NCBI GenBank assembly: GCA_045114745.1
Contig: JBGULD010000049.1
Span: 22,860-86,859 of the forward strand
Reading direction: 5' to 3'
Source: Bacilli bacterium
GTDB taxonomy: Bacteria > Bacillota_I > Bacilli_A > RFN20 > CAG-826
DNA: 64,000 nt
The notes under the pieces were generated by a model. It did no database searches. It saw only the letters and a list, made by a program, of their open reading frames with translations, and was not told the DNA's origin. Position 1 is the first letter of the stretch. Every line of letters starts with the position of its first letter. Positions 8,532 to 18,413 of the stretch are shown here, piece by piece. The translations under genes and the position numbers were made by a program.

Positions 8532-11126
8532 ATGTTAGATAAAAGATATGATCCCCACAAAGTAGAAGAAGGAAAATACGAGAATTGGAAAAGTAAAGGT
8601 TATTTCACCGCTGGTGATAAATCTAAACAAGCTTTTTCCATGGTCATTCCTCCTCCAAATGTCACTGGTAAACTTCATATCGGTCATACTTGTCAAACCA
8701 CCATTCAAGATATCGTTGCTCGTTATAAAAAGATGCAGGGATATGATGTCTTATGGCTTCCGGGTATGGACCACGCTGGAATCGCCACTCAAGCAAAAGT
8801 TATGGAGAAACTCCGTAATAACGGAGTGGATGTTACAAAGATCTCTCGTGAAGAATTCTTAAAAGCGGCTTGGGGATGGAAAGATGAATACGCAAATAAC
8901 ATCCATTCTCAATGGGCCAAAATGGGCTTGGCCTTAGATTATACAAGAGAAAGATTTACCCTTGATGAAGGATTAAATTACGCTGTTAGAACAGTGTTTG
9001 TTTCCTTATATAAGAAAGGATTAATCTATCAAGGCGAAAGAATTATTAACTGGGATCCAGTACAGATGACTGCATTGAGCAATATCGAAGTCATTCACCA
9101 AAACGATGCTGGCCAAATGTTCTATTTTAAATATCCAATCGTCGGTACAAACGAACATTTGATCGTTGCCACAACTAGACCAGAAACCATGTTTGGTGAT
9201 GTTTGTGTCGTCGTTAATCCAAAAGATAAAAGATATAAGAAATATGTGGGAATGAAGGTTATAAATCCTGCGAACCATGAAGAAATTCCTATTATTGCCG
9301 ATGAATATGTCGATGTCGAATTTGGAACAGGCGCGATGAAATGTACACCTGCTCATGATCCAAACGACTTTATCATTGGTGAAAAATATCATTTCCCAAA
9401 ACCAATTATTTTTAATAAAAACGCCACAATGAATGAGTTGTGCGGAAAATATCAAGGCATGGACAGATTTGAATGTCGTAAAGTTCTTGTTGAAGATATT
9501 AAAGCCGATGGCAACTTCGTGAAGATTGAAAATATCGTTCACCCAGTCGGCCATAGTGAAAGAAGCCATTGTGTTGTTGAACCAATGCTTTCTAAACAAT
9601 GGTTTGTAAAGATGCGTCCATTAGCGGATCAAGCTTTAGTTAACCAAAAGACAACTAACAAAGTGGAATTTGTTCCTAAGAGATTTGAAAAGACTTTCAT
9701 CCAATGGATGGAAAGTGTTGAAGACTGGTGTATTTCCCGTCAGTTGTGGTGGGGCCATAGAATTCCTGCTTATTATAATAAGCAAACAGGCGAATTGCTC
9801 GTCTCTATGGATCCTCCAAAAGATATGGAAAATTGGGAGCAAGAAAGCGATGTTCTCGATACTTGGTTCTCCAGTGCTTTGTGGCCATTCTCCACATTAG
9901 GTTGGCCAAATAAAACCGAAGATTTTGAAAGATATTTCCCAACTGACACGATGGTGACAGCATACGATATTATCTTCTTCTGGGTTTCCCGTATGATTTT
10001 CCAAGCTTTAGAAATGACTAAAGAAATTCCATTTAAGGAAGTTGTTATCCATGGCTTAGTGAGAGATGAACTCGGAAGAAAGATGTCTAAGTCATTAGGT
10101 AATGGTGTTGACCCAATCGAAGTTATCGATAAATATGGTGCGGACGCTTTAAGATATTTCTTAACCACAAATGCGGCACCTGGACAAGATATGAGATATA
10201 TCGAAGAAAAGGTCATCGCTTCAAGTAATTATCTTAATAAGATATGGAACTCCGCGCGTTACGTGTTAAGTGTGTTGCCAGAAGGATTTAAAGAAGAAGA
10301 ACTTAATGTCAAAGAGTTCTCCGCTTTAGATCAATGGATTATCAATCGTTTAGAAAAGACTATCAAAGCGGTCACTCTCAACATGGATAAATATGACTTT
10401 AACGCTGCGAGTAGTCACTTATATAACTTCGTTTACGATGACTTCTGCTCACAATATTTAGAGATGAGCAAGGTTGCTCTTTCATCTAATGATGAAAAAG
10501 TGAAAAATACTACATATCAAGTATTATTCAGATGCTTAAAAGATATCATCTTATTAATCTATCCATACACTCCATTTATCGCTGAAGAATTATATTTGAA
10601 TTTACCGATTCACAAAGAATCAGTGATGTTAGAATCCTATCCAAAATATGAAGCTAACAAACTTCACACAAATGTCGATAAACAAGTGGAATTATTATTC
10701 TCCATTATTAGAGATGTGAGAAATTATAAGATTGAGAATAAACTCGCCCCTAATGCGAAACTTGATTTATCAATCAATCTACGCATCAAGATGTTTAACG
10801 GTTATGAGAGTTATCTCCAAAGATTCACATTTAGTGAAATCAAACTAGTGGATGATTCCATCGTTCATATGTCTGGTGAATTAAAGATCTACAATAATGC
10901 TGATTTATTAATCGTCAATGAAGCTGGTAAAGATGAAATTATCGCCCGTATCGATAAAGAAATCATCGAGGAAGAAAAAGAGATTGAGAGATGTCAAAAA
11001 ATGCTCTCTAATCCTAACTTCATCAGTAAGGCACCGAAAGAAAAGGTCGCTTTAGAAGAAGAGAAACTAAAAATTCATCAAGAAAATTTAGCTTTGCTAA
11101 AAGACAAAAAGACAAAACTTTTATAA
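8532..11126 (+). CDS. valS: Valyl-tRNA synthetase
   Basis: 864 aa with HIGH (LHIGH) and KMSKS motifs and a C-terminal coiled coil. Confidence 0.97.
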   Translation: MLDKRYDPHKVEEGKYENWKSKGYFTAGDKSKQAFSMVIPPPNVTGKLHIGHTCQTTIQDIVARYKKMQGYDVLWLPGMDHAGIATQAKVMEKLRNNGVDVTKISREEFLKAAWGWKDEYANNIHSQWAKMGLALDYTRERFTLDEGLNYAVRTVFVSLYKKGLIYQGERIINWDPVQMTALSNIEVIHQNDAGQMFYFKYPIVGTNEHLIVATTRPETMFGDVCVVVNPKDKRYKKYVGMKVINPANHEEIPIIADEYVDVEFGTGAMKCTPAHDPNDFIIGEKYHFPKPIIFNKNATMNELCGKYQGMDRFECRKVLVEDIKADGNFVKIENIVHPVGHSERSHCVVEPMLSKQWFVKMRPLADQALVNQKTTNKVEFVPKRFEKTFIQWMESVEDWCISRQLWWGHRIPAYYNKQTGELLVSMDPPKDMENWEQESDVLDTWFSSALWPFSTLGWPNKTEDFERYFPTDTMVTAYDIIFFWVSRMIFQALEMTKEIPFKEVVIHGLVRDELGRKMSKSLGNGVDPIEVIDKYGADALRYFLTTNAAPGQDMRYIEEKVIASSNYLNKIWNSARYVLSVLPEGFKEEELNVKEFSALDQWIINRLEKTIKAVTLNMDKYDFNAASSHLYNFVYDDFCSQYLEMSKVALSSNDEKVKNTTYQVLFRCLKDIILLIYPYTPFIAEELYLNLPIHKESVMLESYPKYEANKLHTNVDKQVELLFSIIRDVRNYKIENKLAPNAKLDLSINLRIKMFNGYESYLQRFTFSEIKLVDDSIVHMSGELKIYNNADLLIVNEAGKDEIIARIDKEIIEEEKEIERCQKMLSNPNFISKAPKEKVALEEEKLKIHQENLALLKDKKTKLL

Positions 11127-11128
11127 AC

Positions 11129-11186
11129 TTTTTTGAGACGAAAATCGTCATTTACCCCCTATTTATATAGTAGGAGGTATTTTTTT
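11129..11186 (+). promoter_or_regulatory. Conserved 5' module, copy 1 (39-nt block plus 19-nt SD spacer)
   Basis: 11129-11167 is 37/39 identical to 43051-43089. AGGAGG at 11172-11177 and ATG at 11187. Starts 2 nt after the valS stop with no intervening terminator. Confidence 0.6.
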
Positions 11187-11372
11187 ATGAAATACGAAAT
11201 TCTATCAAAACAAGAATGCGATAACCATTACGTTGGTGAAGCTATTTCTTTAACCGCGGTGATGGCCATTGCCGCGATCGCTGTCATGGCGGTCGTCGTG
11301 TACCGTTTATTTATGTCGGGCAAAGGAAGCGCCGCTATACCGGGTGGCTTCAAGTTCTCTTGGGCGGAGTAA
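11187..11372 (+). CDS. 61-aa single-pass membrane peptide (hypothetical)
   Basis: Strong SD 10 nt upstream. Sequence MKYEILSKQECDNHYVGEAISLTAVMAIAAIAVMAVVVYRLF... contains one Ala/Val-rich TM helix. The ORF-track version (11133) is extended at the 5' end. Confidence 0.5.
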   Translation: MKYEILSKQECDNHYVGEAISLTAVMAIAAIAVMAVVVYRLFMSGKGSAAIPGGFKFSWAE

Positions 11373-11376
11373 AGCT

Positions 11377-12069
11377 TTGGGAAAGATAATTGAACTTCCG
11401 AAATTAGAAAGACCAAGAGAGAAAGCTCTTTATTACGGCATTGAAAAATTATCAGATTATGAATTATTAGCTTTATTAATCGGCAGTGGTTGCAAAGATA
11501 ATTCAGCGATAGACATTGCTTATGCAATGCTGCGCGATAGTAATGGCTTAGCATCTTTAGTGAATAAGCCCTTTTCCGACTTGTTATCTTATAAGGGAAT
11601 GGGGAAGAATAAAGCCATTAAAATTGAAGCGGCTTTTGAGATTGCCAGAAGATTTCAATCCTTAAAGAAAGGCGAAGTAGAAAAAGTGTTGGATGGAAGA
11701 GTAATTTACGAAAAAATGAAAACCAGTATGTTATTTAAAAATTCCATCCAAGAGCACCTATATCTAATTATATTAGATAAACAAAAGAACATTATTCACC
11801 AGGTCAATTTATATAAAGGCAATGAGAATAGTGTCAATTATTCCTCGTTACAAATCATTAAAGAGGTTCTCCTCCATAACGGCCACTTTTTCTACATCGT
11901 CCACAATCATCCGAGCGGGATTTTAGAACCATCACAAGATGATATCTTCTTTACTATTAATTTGATAAATGAAAGCCGAAAAATGAAGATTACCATGCTT
12001 GACCATTTAATTATTTCTGAAAACGGATATTATTCTTTTTTAGAGCAGTCATCGTGCTTTAATAATTAA
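11377..12069 (+). CDS. radC: RadC-like JAB-domain protein (TTG start)
   Basis: The conserved N-terminus ELPKLERPREKAL begins right after TTG at 11377, with GGAG upstream. HNHPSG JAMM motif. The ORF-track start at 11269 overlaps the preceding peptide gene. Confidence 0.8.
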   Translation: MGKIIELPKLERPREKALYYGIEKLSDYELLALLIGSGCKDNSAIDIAYAMLRDSNGLASLVNKPFSDLLSYKGMGKNKAIKIEAAFEIARRFQSLKKGEVEKVLDGRVIYEKMKTSMLFKNSIQEHLYLIILDKQKNIIHQVNLYKGNENSVNYSSLQIIKEVLLHNGHFFYIVHNHPSGILEPSQDDIFFTINLINESRKMKITMLDHLIISENGYYSFLEQSSCFNN

Positions 12070-12121
12070 ACGATTAAAATTTATCAAAATTTTGTTATAC
12101 TAATTGCGCAGGTATTTTATT

Positions 12122-14272
12122 ATGAAAAAGTTAACAAAATTATTGATGGTATCATTATCGATGCTCACTCTTACATTAACCGCGTGTTCGGGGTTCTTTG
12201 ATCCAAATAACTGGATTATGAATAGTTCCGATACTAATAGTGGAAATGGAGATGAAGAAGAGGACTTCGGGTATAAAGATCATTTCACAGACCAGAACGG
12301 TGTTGTTAATTATGTCTCTTTGAATAAAAAAGATATCTATTTATTGCCCGGGACTAGCGAAACATTGATATTCACCTTGTATAAAGAAGGTCAAGAACCT
12401 TTATATAACGAAACCAGAACCGTGACTAGTTTAACATGGTCAGTTGGCGACCCATCTATTGCTTCTTCTTCTGAAAAGGAGACTAAAGCAGTTACCGTCG
12501 TAAAAGGTCTTAGTGTTGGCGAAACAAGAATCCATGCGAGAATGTTCCAAAGCCAAAATGTTGGTGTTAACGCAAAAATTCACGTCTTAGAAAAGAAACT
12601 AACCAACCTTGTTTTAAAGAACGCTAAAACAACGTATTTATTAAATTCTGAATTCAAGCCTCGTTTTACTTGCATCGGAATTTATTCCGAAAGAGTCGAA
12701 GAAGAAGTGGATATTAACGATGTGGTCGTCGATTCTTCTAAAGTCAACATGGCTGTTGCTACAGCGGCGAATCAAACATATCCAGTGACTGTTTCTTACA
12801 CTTATGAAGGCGTGACTATGTCAGCGACATATGGCATCAAAGTTGTCGATAATCCAACATATGTTGCAAAAGATTTAGATTACGATGTCAATGATTTAAA
12901 TAGATTTAAATCCGGTGGTGGACATTGTCCTAACAAAGGAAATGTCAAAACACTAGTTATTCCAATTTGGTTTAAAGATTCTAGTAACTATATCACCTCA
13001 ACTTCAGAAAAGACGCAAATCCTTTATGATTTAGACAAAGCATTTTATGGTGAAGCCGATTCTTCAACAGGATGGAATTCAGTAAAGAGTTTCTATTATG
13101 CTGCATCAAAAGGTAGTTTAATTTTAACTGGCACAGTTTCCAACTGGTATAATGCAGATTATTACATTAGTGATTTTAATACCGACGACGGCGCAAAGAT
13201 TAAAGCTTTACTCAATAGTGCGGTGGAATGGTATTTCACTTGTAACCCAAGCGAAGACCCATTAACTTATGATTCTGATCACAATAATTATTTCGATGGA
13301 ATTTATTTAATTTATGGTGTTCCAGATTCCGATGATAATCATCCAGAAGTTCCTGATACATTCTGGGGCAAAATCTCTTTTGCTTATAACTTAAGAGTCC
13401 CGAGCGTAGATATGCCGGGCATCAACTTCCATATGTGGGCCAGCTATGAATCATTATATGAAGATAATAGCCACACAACCACAGACTCCCATGTTTATAC
13501 CCACGAATTTGGTCACACCTTAGGTTTATCCGATTATTATGATTATAGTTCTGATAAATATTATCCTGTTGGTGGTCATGCAATGATGTTCCATAACACC
13601 GGTGAGCAAGATCCATATTCTACATTATCTTTAGGCTATAGCAAGGTCATCGTTCCAGAGACTAGTTGTGTCCTTGAAATAGATGATTTCCAAAGCGGTA
13701 ATACTGCGATATTGTTGTCAAATAGTCCAGAGAGCGTGAACTCTCCATTTGATGAATATATTCTCGTTGAGTTATATGCGCCAAATGGGTTAAATAGATT
13801 TGACAGTACTTATAGTTGGAAGAATAGTTACACGAAAGGCCCAAGTGAGCCTTGTGTGAGATTCTGGCATGTCGATGCAAGACTCGCTTATCAAACTTCT
13901 TCAACGACATATGGATTCACAAACAATCCAAATGAAACCGGATCATTTATCGCCTTTACTAATTCCTGGGGTAGTAACCACGGAACAAAATTAGGACGCG
14001 ATTATGATGATTATTGCGAATTGTTTGATATTAGAAAATCAACAACCTTATCATATCGACCAAAGAGTTCTGATCCCGGTTGTATGTTCAATGATTCAAA
14101 TGTATTTAAGAGTGGTGATACCTTCAGCCAAGCTGATTACGCTAATCAATTTAAGAATGGAACAAAACTCAACAATGGTAATGAATTGGGATGGACTGTG
14201 ACCATCGAATCCATTTATCCAAATGGAACTGGTGGATATACCGCAACCTTAGTCTTAGACTACAACTATTAA
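12122..14272 (+). CDS. Lipoprotein with N-terminal Ig-like (Big_2-type) repeats and an HExxH metallopeptidase core
   Basis: Lipobox LTLTAC. HEFGHTLGLSDYYDY. Paralog of 782-2278. Start chosen at the MKKLTKLL signal peptide. Confidence 0.65.
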   Translation: MKKLTKLLMVSLSMLTLTLTACSGFFDPNNWIMNSSDTNSGNGDEEEDFGYKDHFTDQNGVVNYVSLNKKDIYLLPGTSETLIFTLYKEGQEPLYNETRTVTSLTWSVGDPSIASSSEKETKAVTVVKGLSVGETRIHARMFQSQNVGVNAKIHVLEKKLTNLVLKNAKTTYLLNSEFKPRFTCIGIYSERVEEEVDINDVVVDSSKVNMAVATAANQTYPVTVSYTYEGVTMSATYGIKVVDNPTYVAKDLDYDVNDLNRFKSGGGHCPNKGNVKTLVIPIWFKDSSNYITSTSEKTQILYDLDKAFYGEADSSTGWNSVKSFYYAASKGSLILTGTVSNWYNADYYISDFNTDDGAKIKALLNSAVEWYFTCNPSEDPLTYDSDHNNYFDGIYLIYGVPDSDDNHPEVPDTFWGKISFAYNLRVPSVDMPGINFHMWASYESLYEDNSHTTTDSHVYTHEFGHTLGLSDYYDYSSDKYYPVGGHAMMFHNTGEQDPYSTLSLGYSKVIVPETSCVLEIDDFQSGNTAILLSNSPESVNSPFDEYILVELYAPNGLNRFDSTYSWKNSYTKGPSEPCVRFWHVDARLAYQTSSTTYGFTNNPNETGSFIAFTNSWGSNHGTKLGRDYDDYCELFDIRKSTTLSYRPKSSDPGCMFNDSNVFKSGDTFSQADYANQFKNGTKLNNGNELGWTVTIESIYPNGTGGYTATLVLDYNY

Positions 14273-14291
14273 AAATTTCTATAAAAATAAA

Positions 14292-14321
14292 TTGACTATT
14301 ATATATAACTTTTGTTATATT
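14292..14321 (+). promoter_or_regulatory. Promoter of the rplU operon
   Basis: TTGACT (14292-14297), 18-nt spacer, extended -10 TGtTATATT (14313-14321). Confidence 0.5.
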
Positions 14322-14324
14322 AAT

Positions 14325-14428
14325 CACGTTGTCGCCTCACTAGCTACAACCGCATAGAGAAGGTTTTCCAAAACCTATTAAGGTTACCTTAATAGCGAGT
14401 CATTAGTGAATCTATTTTAAGGAGGGAC
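14325..14428 (+). promoter_or_regulatory. Structured L21-leader-like 5' UTR
   Basis: Nested helices AGGTTTT/AAAACCT, TTAAGGT/ACCTTAA and TCACTA/TAGTGA lie between the promoter and rplU. This position matches the known ribosomal L21 leader of low-GC Gram-positives. Confidence 0.45.
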
Positions 14429-14431
14429 ATT

Positions 14432-14737
14432 ATGTACGCAATTATCGAAACAGGTGGTAAACAAGTCCGCGTTGAAGTGGGCAGCAAAATCTATGTTGAA
14501 AAACTAGAAGCTGAAGTTGGTTCAACCATCACAATCGACAAAGTTCTCTTACTCGGAGATAAAACTGTTAAAGTTGGCACCCCATATGTTGAAGGCGCTA
14601 AAGTGACAGCCAAAGTCGAAAAACAAGGATTAAATAAGAAAATCCGTGTCTTCAAGTACAAGAGCAAAGCAAATGAGCACAAGACCATCGGTCATCGTCA
14701 ACCATATACTTGCTTAGTTATTGAAAGCATCAAGTAA
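14432..14737 (+). CDS. rplU: 50S ribosomal protein L21
   Basis: [12 protein letters not shown]-terminus, 101 aa. Confidence 0.95.
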   Translation: MYAIIETGGKQVRVEVGSKIYVEKLEAEVGSTITIDKVLLLGDKTVKVGTPYVEGAKVTAKVEKQGLNKKIRVFKYKSKANEHKTIGHRQPYTCLVIESIK

Positions 14738-14739
14738 TC

Positions 14740-15045
14740 ATGATTAAAGTTTTAATCAATCAAGAAGAAAAGAAATTCAAATCCCTTGAAGTTAAGGGCC
14801 ACGCCAATAGTGCACCGCATGGTGAAGACCTTGTCTGTGCCGGAGTGAGTTCCATTCTCACTGGTGGACTTAACAACTTGGATAATCCAAAGGATTTCCA
14901 AATCAAATTAGAAGAGGGATATGCTTATATCGAAGCTAAAGGTTCTGTTTCTTCACATGATGAAGTTGTCTTAGAAACAATCATCACTAGTCTTAAGACT
15001 ATGGAAGAAAGTTATGGCAAATTCATTCAAATCAAAATTCTTTAG
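14740..15045 (+). CDS. prp: Ribosomal-processing cysteine protease Prp (YsxB)
   Basis: Located between rplU and rpmA. GHA...DLVCAGVS motif. Confidence 0.85.
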   Translation: MIKVLINQEEKKFKSLEVKGHANSAPHGEDLVCAGVSSILTGGLNNLDNPKDFQIKLEEGYAYIEAKGSVSSHDEVVLETIITSLKTMEESYGKFIQIKIL

Positions 15046-15060
15046 AAAGGTGTCAAAGTT

Positions 15061-15345
15061 ATGTTGTTTAAATTAAATATTCAACTCTTCGCTTCTAAAA
15101 AAGGTGTTGGTTCAACTAAAAACGGTCGTGATTCCGCTGGTCGTCGTCTCGGTGCTAAAGTAGCTGATGGACAATATTGCCACTGCGGTTCCATTATCTA
15201 TCGTCAAAGAGGAACAAGAATTTATCCAGGAGAAAATACCAAGAGAGGTAAAGATGATACAATCTTCGCTACTGCCTCTGGTGTTGTTCGTTACGAACGC
15301 CTTGGAAAAGATCGCACTTGCGTGAGAGTTGTTGTCGCTAAGTAA
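15061..15345 (+). CDS. rpmA: 50S ribosomal protein L27 with a cleavable N-terminal extension
   Basis: [20 protein letters not shown], the Prp cleavage context F/A. Confidence 0.95.
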   Translation: MLFKLNIQLFASKKGVGSTKNGRDSAGRRLGAKVADGQYCHCGSIIYRQRGTRIYPGENTKRGKDDTIFATASGVVRYERLGKDRTCVRVVVAK

Positions 15346-15366
15346 TAAGCGATAATAATTGCAGAT

Positions 15367-15392
15367 AAGACCACTTAATTGTGGTCTTTTTA
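15367..15392 (+). terminator. Rho-independent terminator
   Basis: AAGACCAC-ttaatt-GTGGTCTT followed by a T-run. Confidence 0.7.
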
Positions 15393-15426
15393 TTTCGCTT
15401 TATATATAATATAAGCGGGTATATAT

Positions 15427-16386
15427 ATGAAAAAAATCTCATTAGTTATTCCGATGTATAACGAAGAGCCGATGGTCACTCTTCTTTTTGATACGATTGA
15501 AGAAAAAGTTGTTAATCCTTTAAAAGGAAAATATGAAGTTGAGGTTGTCGCTGTTAACGATGGTAGTAAAGACCAAACCCTTTCCCTATTAAGAGAACAA
15601 CTTAATAAACATAGTTTCTTAACTATCGTTGATTTATCCCGTAACTTCGGTCAAGAAGCAGCGGTGAGAGCGGGACTAATTACCGCGACCGGCGATTGTG
15701 TCATTCCGATGGACGCTGACTTACAAGATCCACCAGAAATCATCCCCGAAATGATTAAGATGTGGGAAGATGGCTATCAAGTCGTCAATGCCGTGAGAGT
15801 ATCCCGTGTTAAAGACAGTCAATTCAAACGTCATAGTGCCGGTTTCTTCTATCGCATTTTAGATAAGATTGCTCCCCGTGTTAAGATTCCTGGAAATGTT
15901 AATAATTTCAGACTACTAGATAGAAGAGTCGTTGACGAAGTCAACGCATTAAGCGAATCAACTCGTGTTTTACGTGTTGAAATTCCATTCGTAGGTTTTA
16001 AAACTGGAGCGATTGAAATCGTCAGACAAAAAAGAGCCAAAGGTAAAAGTCATTATCCATTTAAGGCTATGTTCTTATTAGCCAAAGAATCGATGGTTTC
16101 CGTTAGTGTTAAACCACTTGAAATTGGCTTATATGTAACAATCTTTATCGGTAGCTTATTCTTTATCTCTGCTTTAGCAGAATTAGTATTTTTCATCTTA
16201 CATTTAACTAGAGTCCTAGTGTTAAATGATTTAGCGTTATGGGCTTGGTTAATTATCAATATCATTCTCTTTATTTCTTCCCTTATCAGTGGTGTTCTAG
16301 CAGTTAATTCTATCTACCTTGGTAAAGCGGTAGAAGAAAGCGCTCATCGACCAAGCGTTATTATTAAAGAAGTCATCAGGAAATAA
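15427..16386 (+). CDS. Family-2 glycosyltransferase, polyprenyl-phosphate (GtrB/CsbB-like) type
   Basis: IPMYNEE, NDGSKD and DADLQDPPE motifs plus two C-terminal TM helices. Confidence 0.8.
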   Translation: MKKISLVIPMYNEEPMVTLLFDTIEEKVVNPLKGKYEVEVVAVNDGSKDQTLSLLREQLNKHSFLTIVDLSRNFGQEAAVRAGLITATGDCVIPMDADLQDPPEIIPEMIKMWEDGYQVVNAVRVSRVKDSQFKRHSAGFFYRILDKIAPRVKIPGNVNNFRLLDRRVVDEVNALSESTRVLRVEIPFVGFKTGAIEIVRQKRAKGKSHYPFKAMFLLAKESMVSVSVKPLEIGLYVTIFIGSLFFISALAELVFFILHLTRVLVLNDLALWAWLIINIILFISSLISGVLAVNSIYLGKAVEESAHRPSVIIKEVIRK

Positions 16387-16389
16387 ACT

Positions 16390-17667
16390 ATGTTTATAGA
16401 TCGCGCGATTATCGAAGTCAGAAGTGGTAAAGGTGGCGATGGCGCCATCGCTTTTTTGCGCGAGAAATATGTTCCTAAAGGTGGTCCAGCTGGCGGTAAT
16501 GGTGGAAGAGGCGCTTCTATCTATTTAAGAGCGAACGCTCATATCAACACCTTATTTAACTTCCGCCACAGCAAAGCCTTTATCGGTAATGATGGTGAAA
16601 AAGGCGGTATCAAGAATCAATTTGGTAAATACGCCGAAGATGTCATCGTTGATGTTCCTGTGGGAACCGTTGTCTTCGAAGAAGAAGGTCACAAATTCTT
16701 AGGTGACTTAAACGAAGACGGCAAGATTATCAAAGTCGCTAAAGGCGGTAGAGGTGGTCGTGGAAATTCCGCGTTTAAAAGCAGCACTAACCGCGCTCCT
16801 AAAATTGCTGAAAACGGCGAACCAGGAGAAAGAAAAAGATTAATTCTTGAACTTAAATTATTAGCGGATGTCGGTTTAGTGGGTTTTCCAAGCGTTGGCA
16901 AATCAACACTTTTAAGTGTTGTTAGTTCCGCTAGACCTGAAATTGCTGATTATCCATTTACCACAATTATTCCTAACCTCGGTGTTGTCTCAGTGAAAGA
17001 TGGACGCTCCTTCGTTATGGCGGATCTTCCCGGATTAATTGAAGGTGCTCATCAAGGCAAGGGTTTAGGATTACAATTCTTAAGACATATTGAAAGATGT
17101 CGCGTTATCATCCACATCATCGATATGGGTAATTCTGGAAGAGACCCAGTGGAAGATTACAAAGTTATTAATAATGAACTTAAATCCTATGGATTTGGTT
17201 TAGATAAAAGACCATGCATTCTTTTAGCGAGCAAGATGGATGAAGATGGCGCCATTGAAAGACTTAAAGAATTTGAAAAACATGTTAAAGAAGACATCAT
17301 TCCAATCTCCGCGTTAACCGAAGAGGGAATTGATGAATGTTTATATAAATGTGCTGATTTGTTAGAGAAGACACCAATCTTCCCACTTTATAGTGAAGAT
17401 AGTGAAGAACTCGACACCAAGATTTATGAACTACCAGAAGAAGAAAAAGAATTCTATATCGAAAGAATCAATTCTCATGAGTTTGAAATCAAAGGTGATA
17501 AAATTATTAAATTTTATAGAATGACCAACATCTCCACAGATGAAGGTATGATGGTTTTGATGACTAAATTAAGAAAACTCAAAGTGGATGATGAATTAGA
17601 GAAGATGGGAGCGAATGATGGAGATATCGTCTATTTAGACGACTTCACATTTGAATATGTGAGATGA
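16390..17667 (+). CDS. obg: GTPase Obg/CgtA
   Basis: Gly-rich Obg fold, GFPSVGKST P-loop, C-terminal TGS-like domain. Confidence 0.95.
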   Translation: MFIDRAIIEVRSGKGGDGAIAFLREKYVPKGGPAGGNGGRGASIYLRANAHINTLFNFRHSKAFIGNDGEKGGIKNQFGKYAEDVIVDVPVGTVVFEEEGHKFLGDLNEDGKIIKVAKGGRGGRGNSAFKSSTNRAPKIAENGEPGERKRLILELKLLADVGLVGFPSVGKSTLLSVVSSARPEIADYPFTTIIPNLGVVSVKDGRSFVMADLPGLIEGAHQGKGLGLQFLRHIERCRVIIHIIDMGNSGRDPVEDYKVINNELKSYGFGLDKRPCILLASKMDEDGAIERLKEFEKHVKEDIIPISALTEEGIDECLYKCADLLEKTPIFPLYSEDSEELDTKIYELPEEEKEFYIERINSHEFEIKGDKIIKFYRMTNISTDEGMMVLMTKLRKLKVDDELEKMGANDGDIVYLDDFTFEYVR

Positions 17668-18413
17668 AGTTAGAACAATACTTAAACGAAGTCGAATTAT
17701 TCTTAAAAGAATATTTAGCTAATTCTCATATGGATGGCTATGTTCTCGGTCTTTCTGGTGGCGTGGATTCCTCTTTAGTGGCCGCTTTAGCGAAGAATGC
17801 AGTCGGTAAAGATAAACTCATGTGTATCATGATGCCAATTGATTCTCATCCAAGTGATTTAAAGGATGCTAAGAAAGTCGCGGAAGCTCTTGGTTTAAGA
17901 TATATCGTTTTAGATGGTAGTGAATCATATCACGCTTCTTTAAAAGAATTTGAAAAACAAGGTATTACTTTAGATAAAATGAGTCAATCTAACTTGAAAG
18001 TTAGAATTAGAATGACTCTTCTATATGCCTATGGTCAAACACATCGTTATTTAGTTTTAGGAACTGATAACGCTGACGAAAGATATACTGGTTATTTCAC
18101 CAAATATGGTGATGGCGCTGCCGATGTCTTACCAATCGTTTACTTATTAAAAAGAGAAGTCGTGGAAGGTGCTAAGATCAAAGGTGTTCCAGTTTCATTA
18201 GCGGAACGCACTCCAAGTGCGGGACTATTTGAAGGTCAAACCGATGAAAAAGAAATGGGTGTTTCCTATTTAGATTTAGATAAATATCTAGAAGGTAAAA
18301 AAGTCGATCCAAAAGTTCAGGAAAGAATTGAATATCTCCACCGCATTAGTGAGCATAAGAGAAGTCCAATTCCTATGCCTAAAGAGTTCAAGCGTGATAA
18401 AGATGAAAAATAG
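17664..18413 (+). CDS. nadE: NH3-dependent NAD+ synthetase
   Basis: GLSGGVDSS PP-loop. ATGA overlap with obg. Confidence 0.9.
   Translation: MKLEQYLNEVELFLKEYLANSHMDGYVLGLSGGVDSSLVAALAKNAVGKDKLMCIMMPIDSHPSDLKDAKKVAEALGLRYIVLDGSESYHASLKEFEKQGITLDKMSQSNLKVRIRMTLLYAYGQTHRYLVLGTDNADERYTGYFTKYGDGAADVLPIVYLLKREVVEGAKIKGVPVSLAERTPSAGLFEGQTDEKEMGVSYLDLDKYLEGKKVDPKVQERIEYLHRISEHKRSPIPMPKEFKRDKDEK

Noticed and set aside
9021-9599. Long antisense ORFs inside housekeeping genes (for example 9021-9599, 9773-10216, 7377-7775, 25565-25954, 30135-30590, 42382-42855, 48604-48957, 61311-61520).
   Set aside because: Each lies entirely within a confidently identified gene on the opposite strand or in another frame. 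Their products are low-complexity or hydrophobic with no motifs and no SD. These are typical shadow ORFs of biased-composition coding sequence.
11133-11372. 5'-extended versions of ORFs in the track (11133, 11269, 12104, 20734, 42098).
   Set aside because: The extensions use non-ATG or SD-less starts and add residues that overlap upstream genes or precede clear signal peptides or conserved N-termini. Internal starts with an SD (11187, 11377, 12122, 20755, 42113) fit better.
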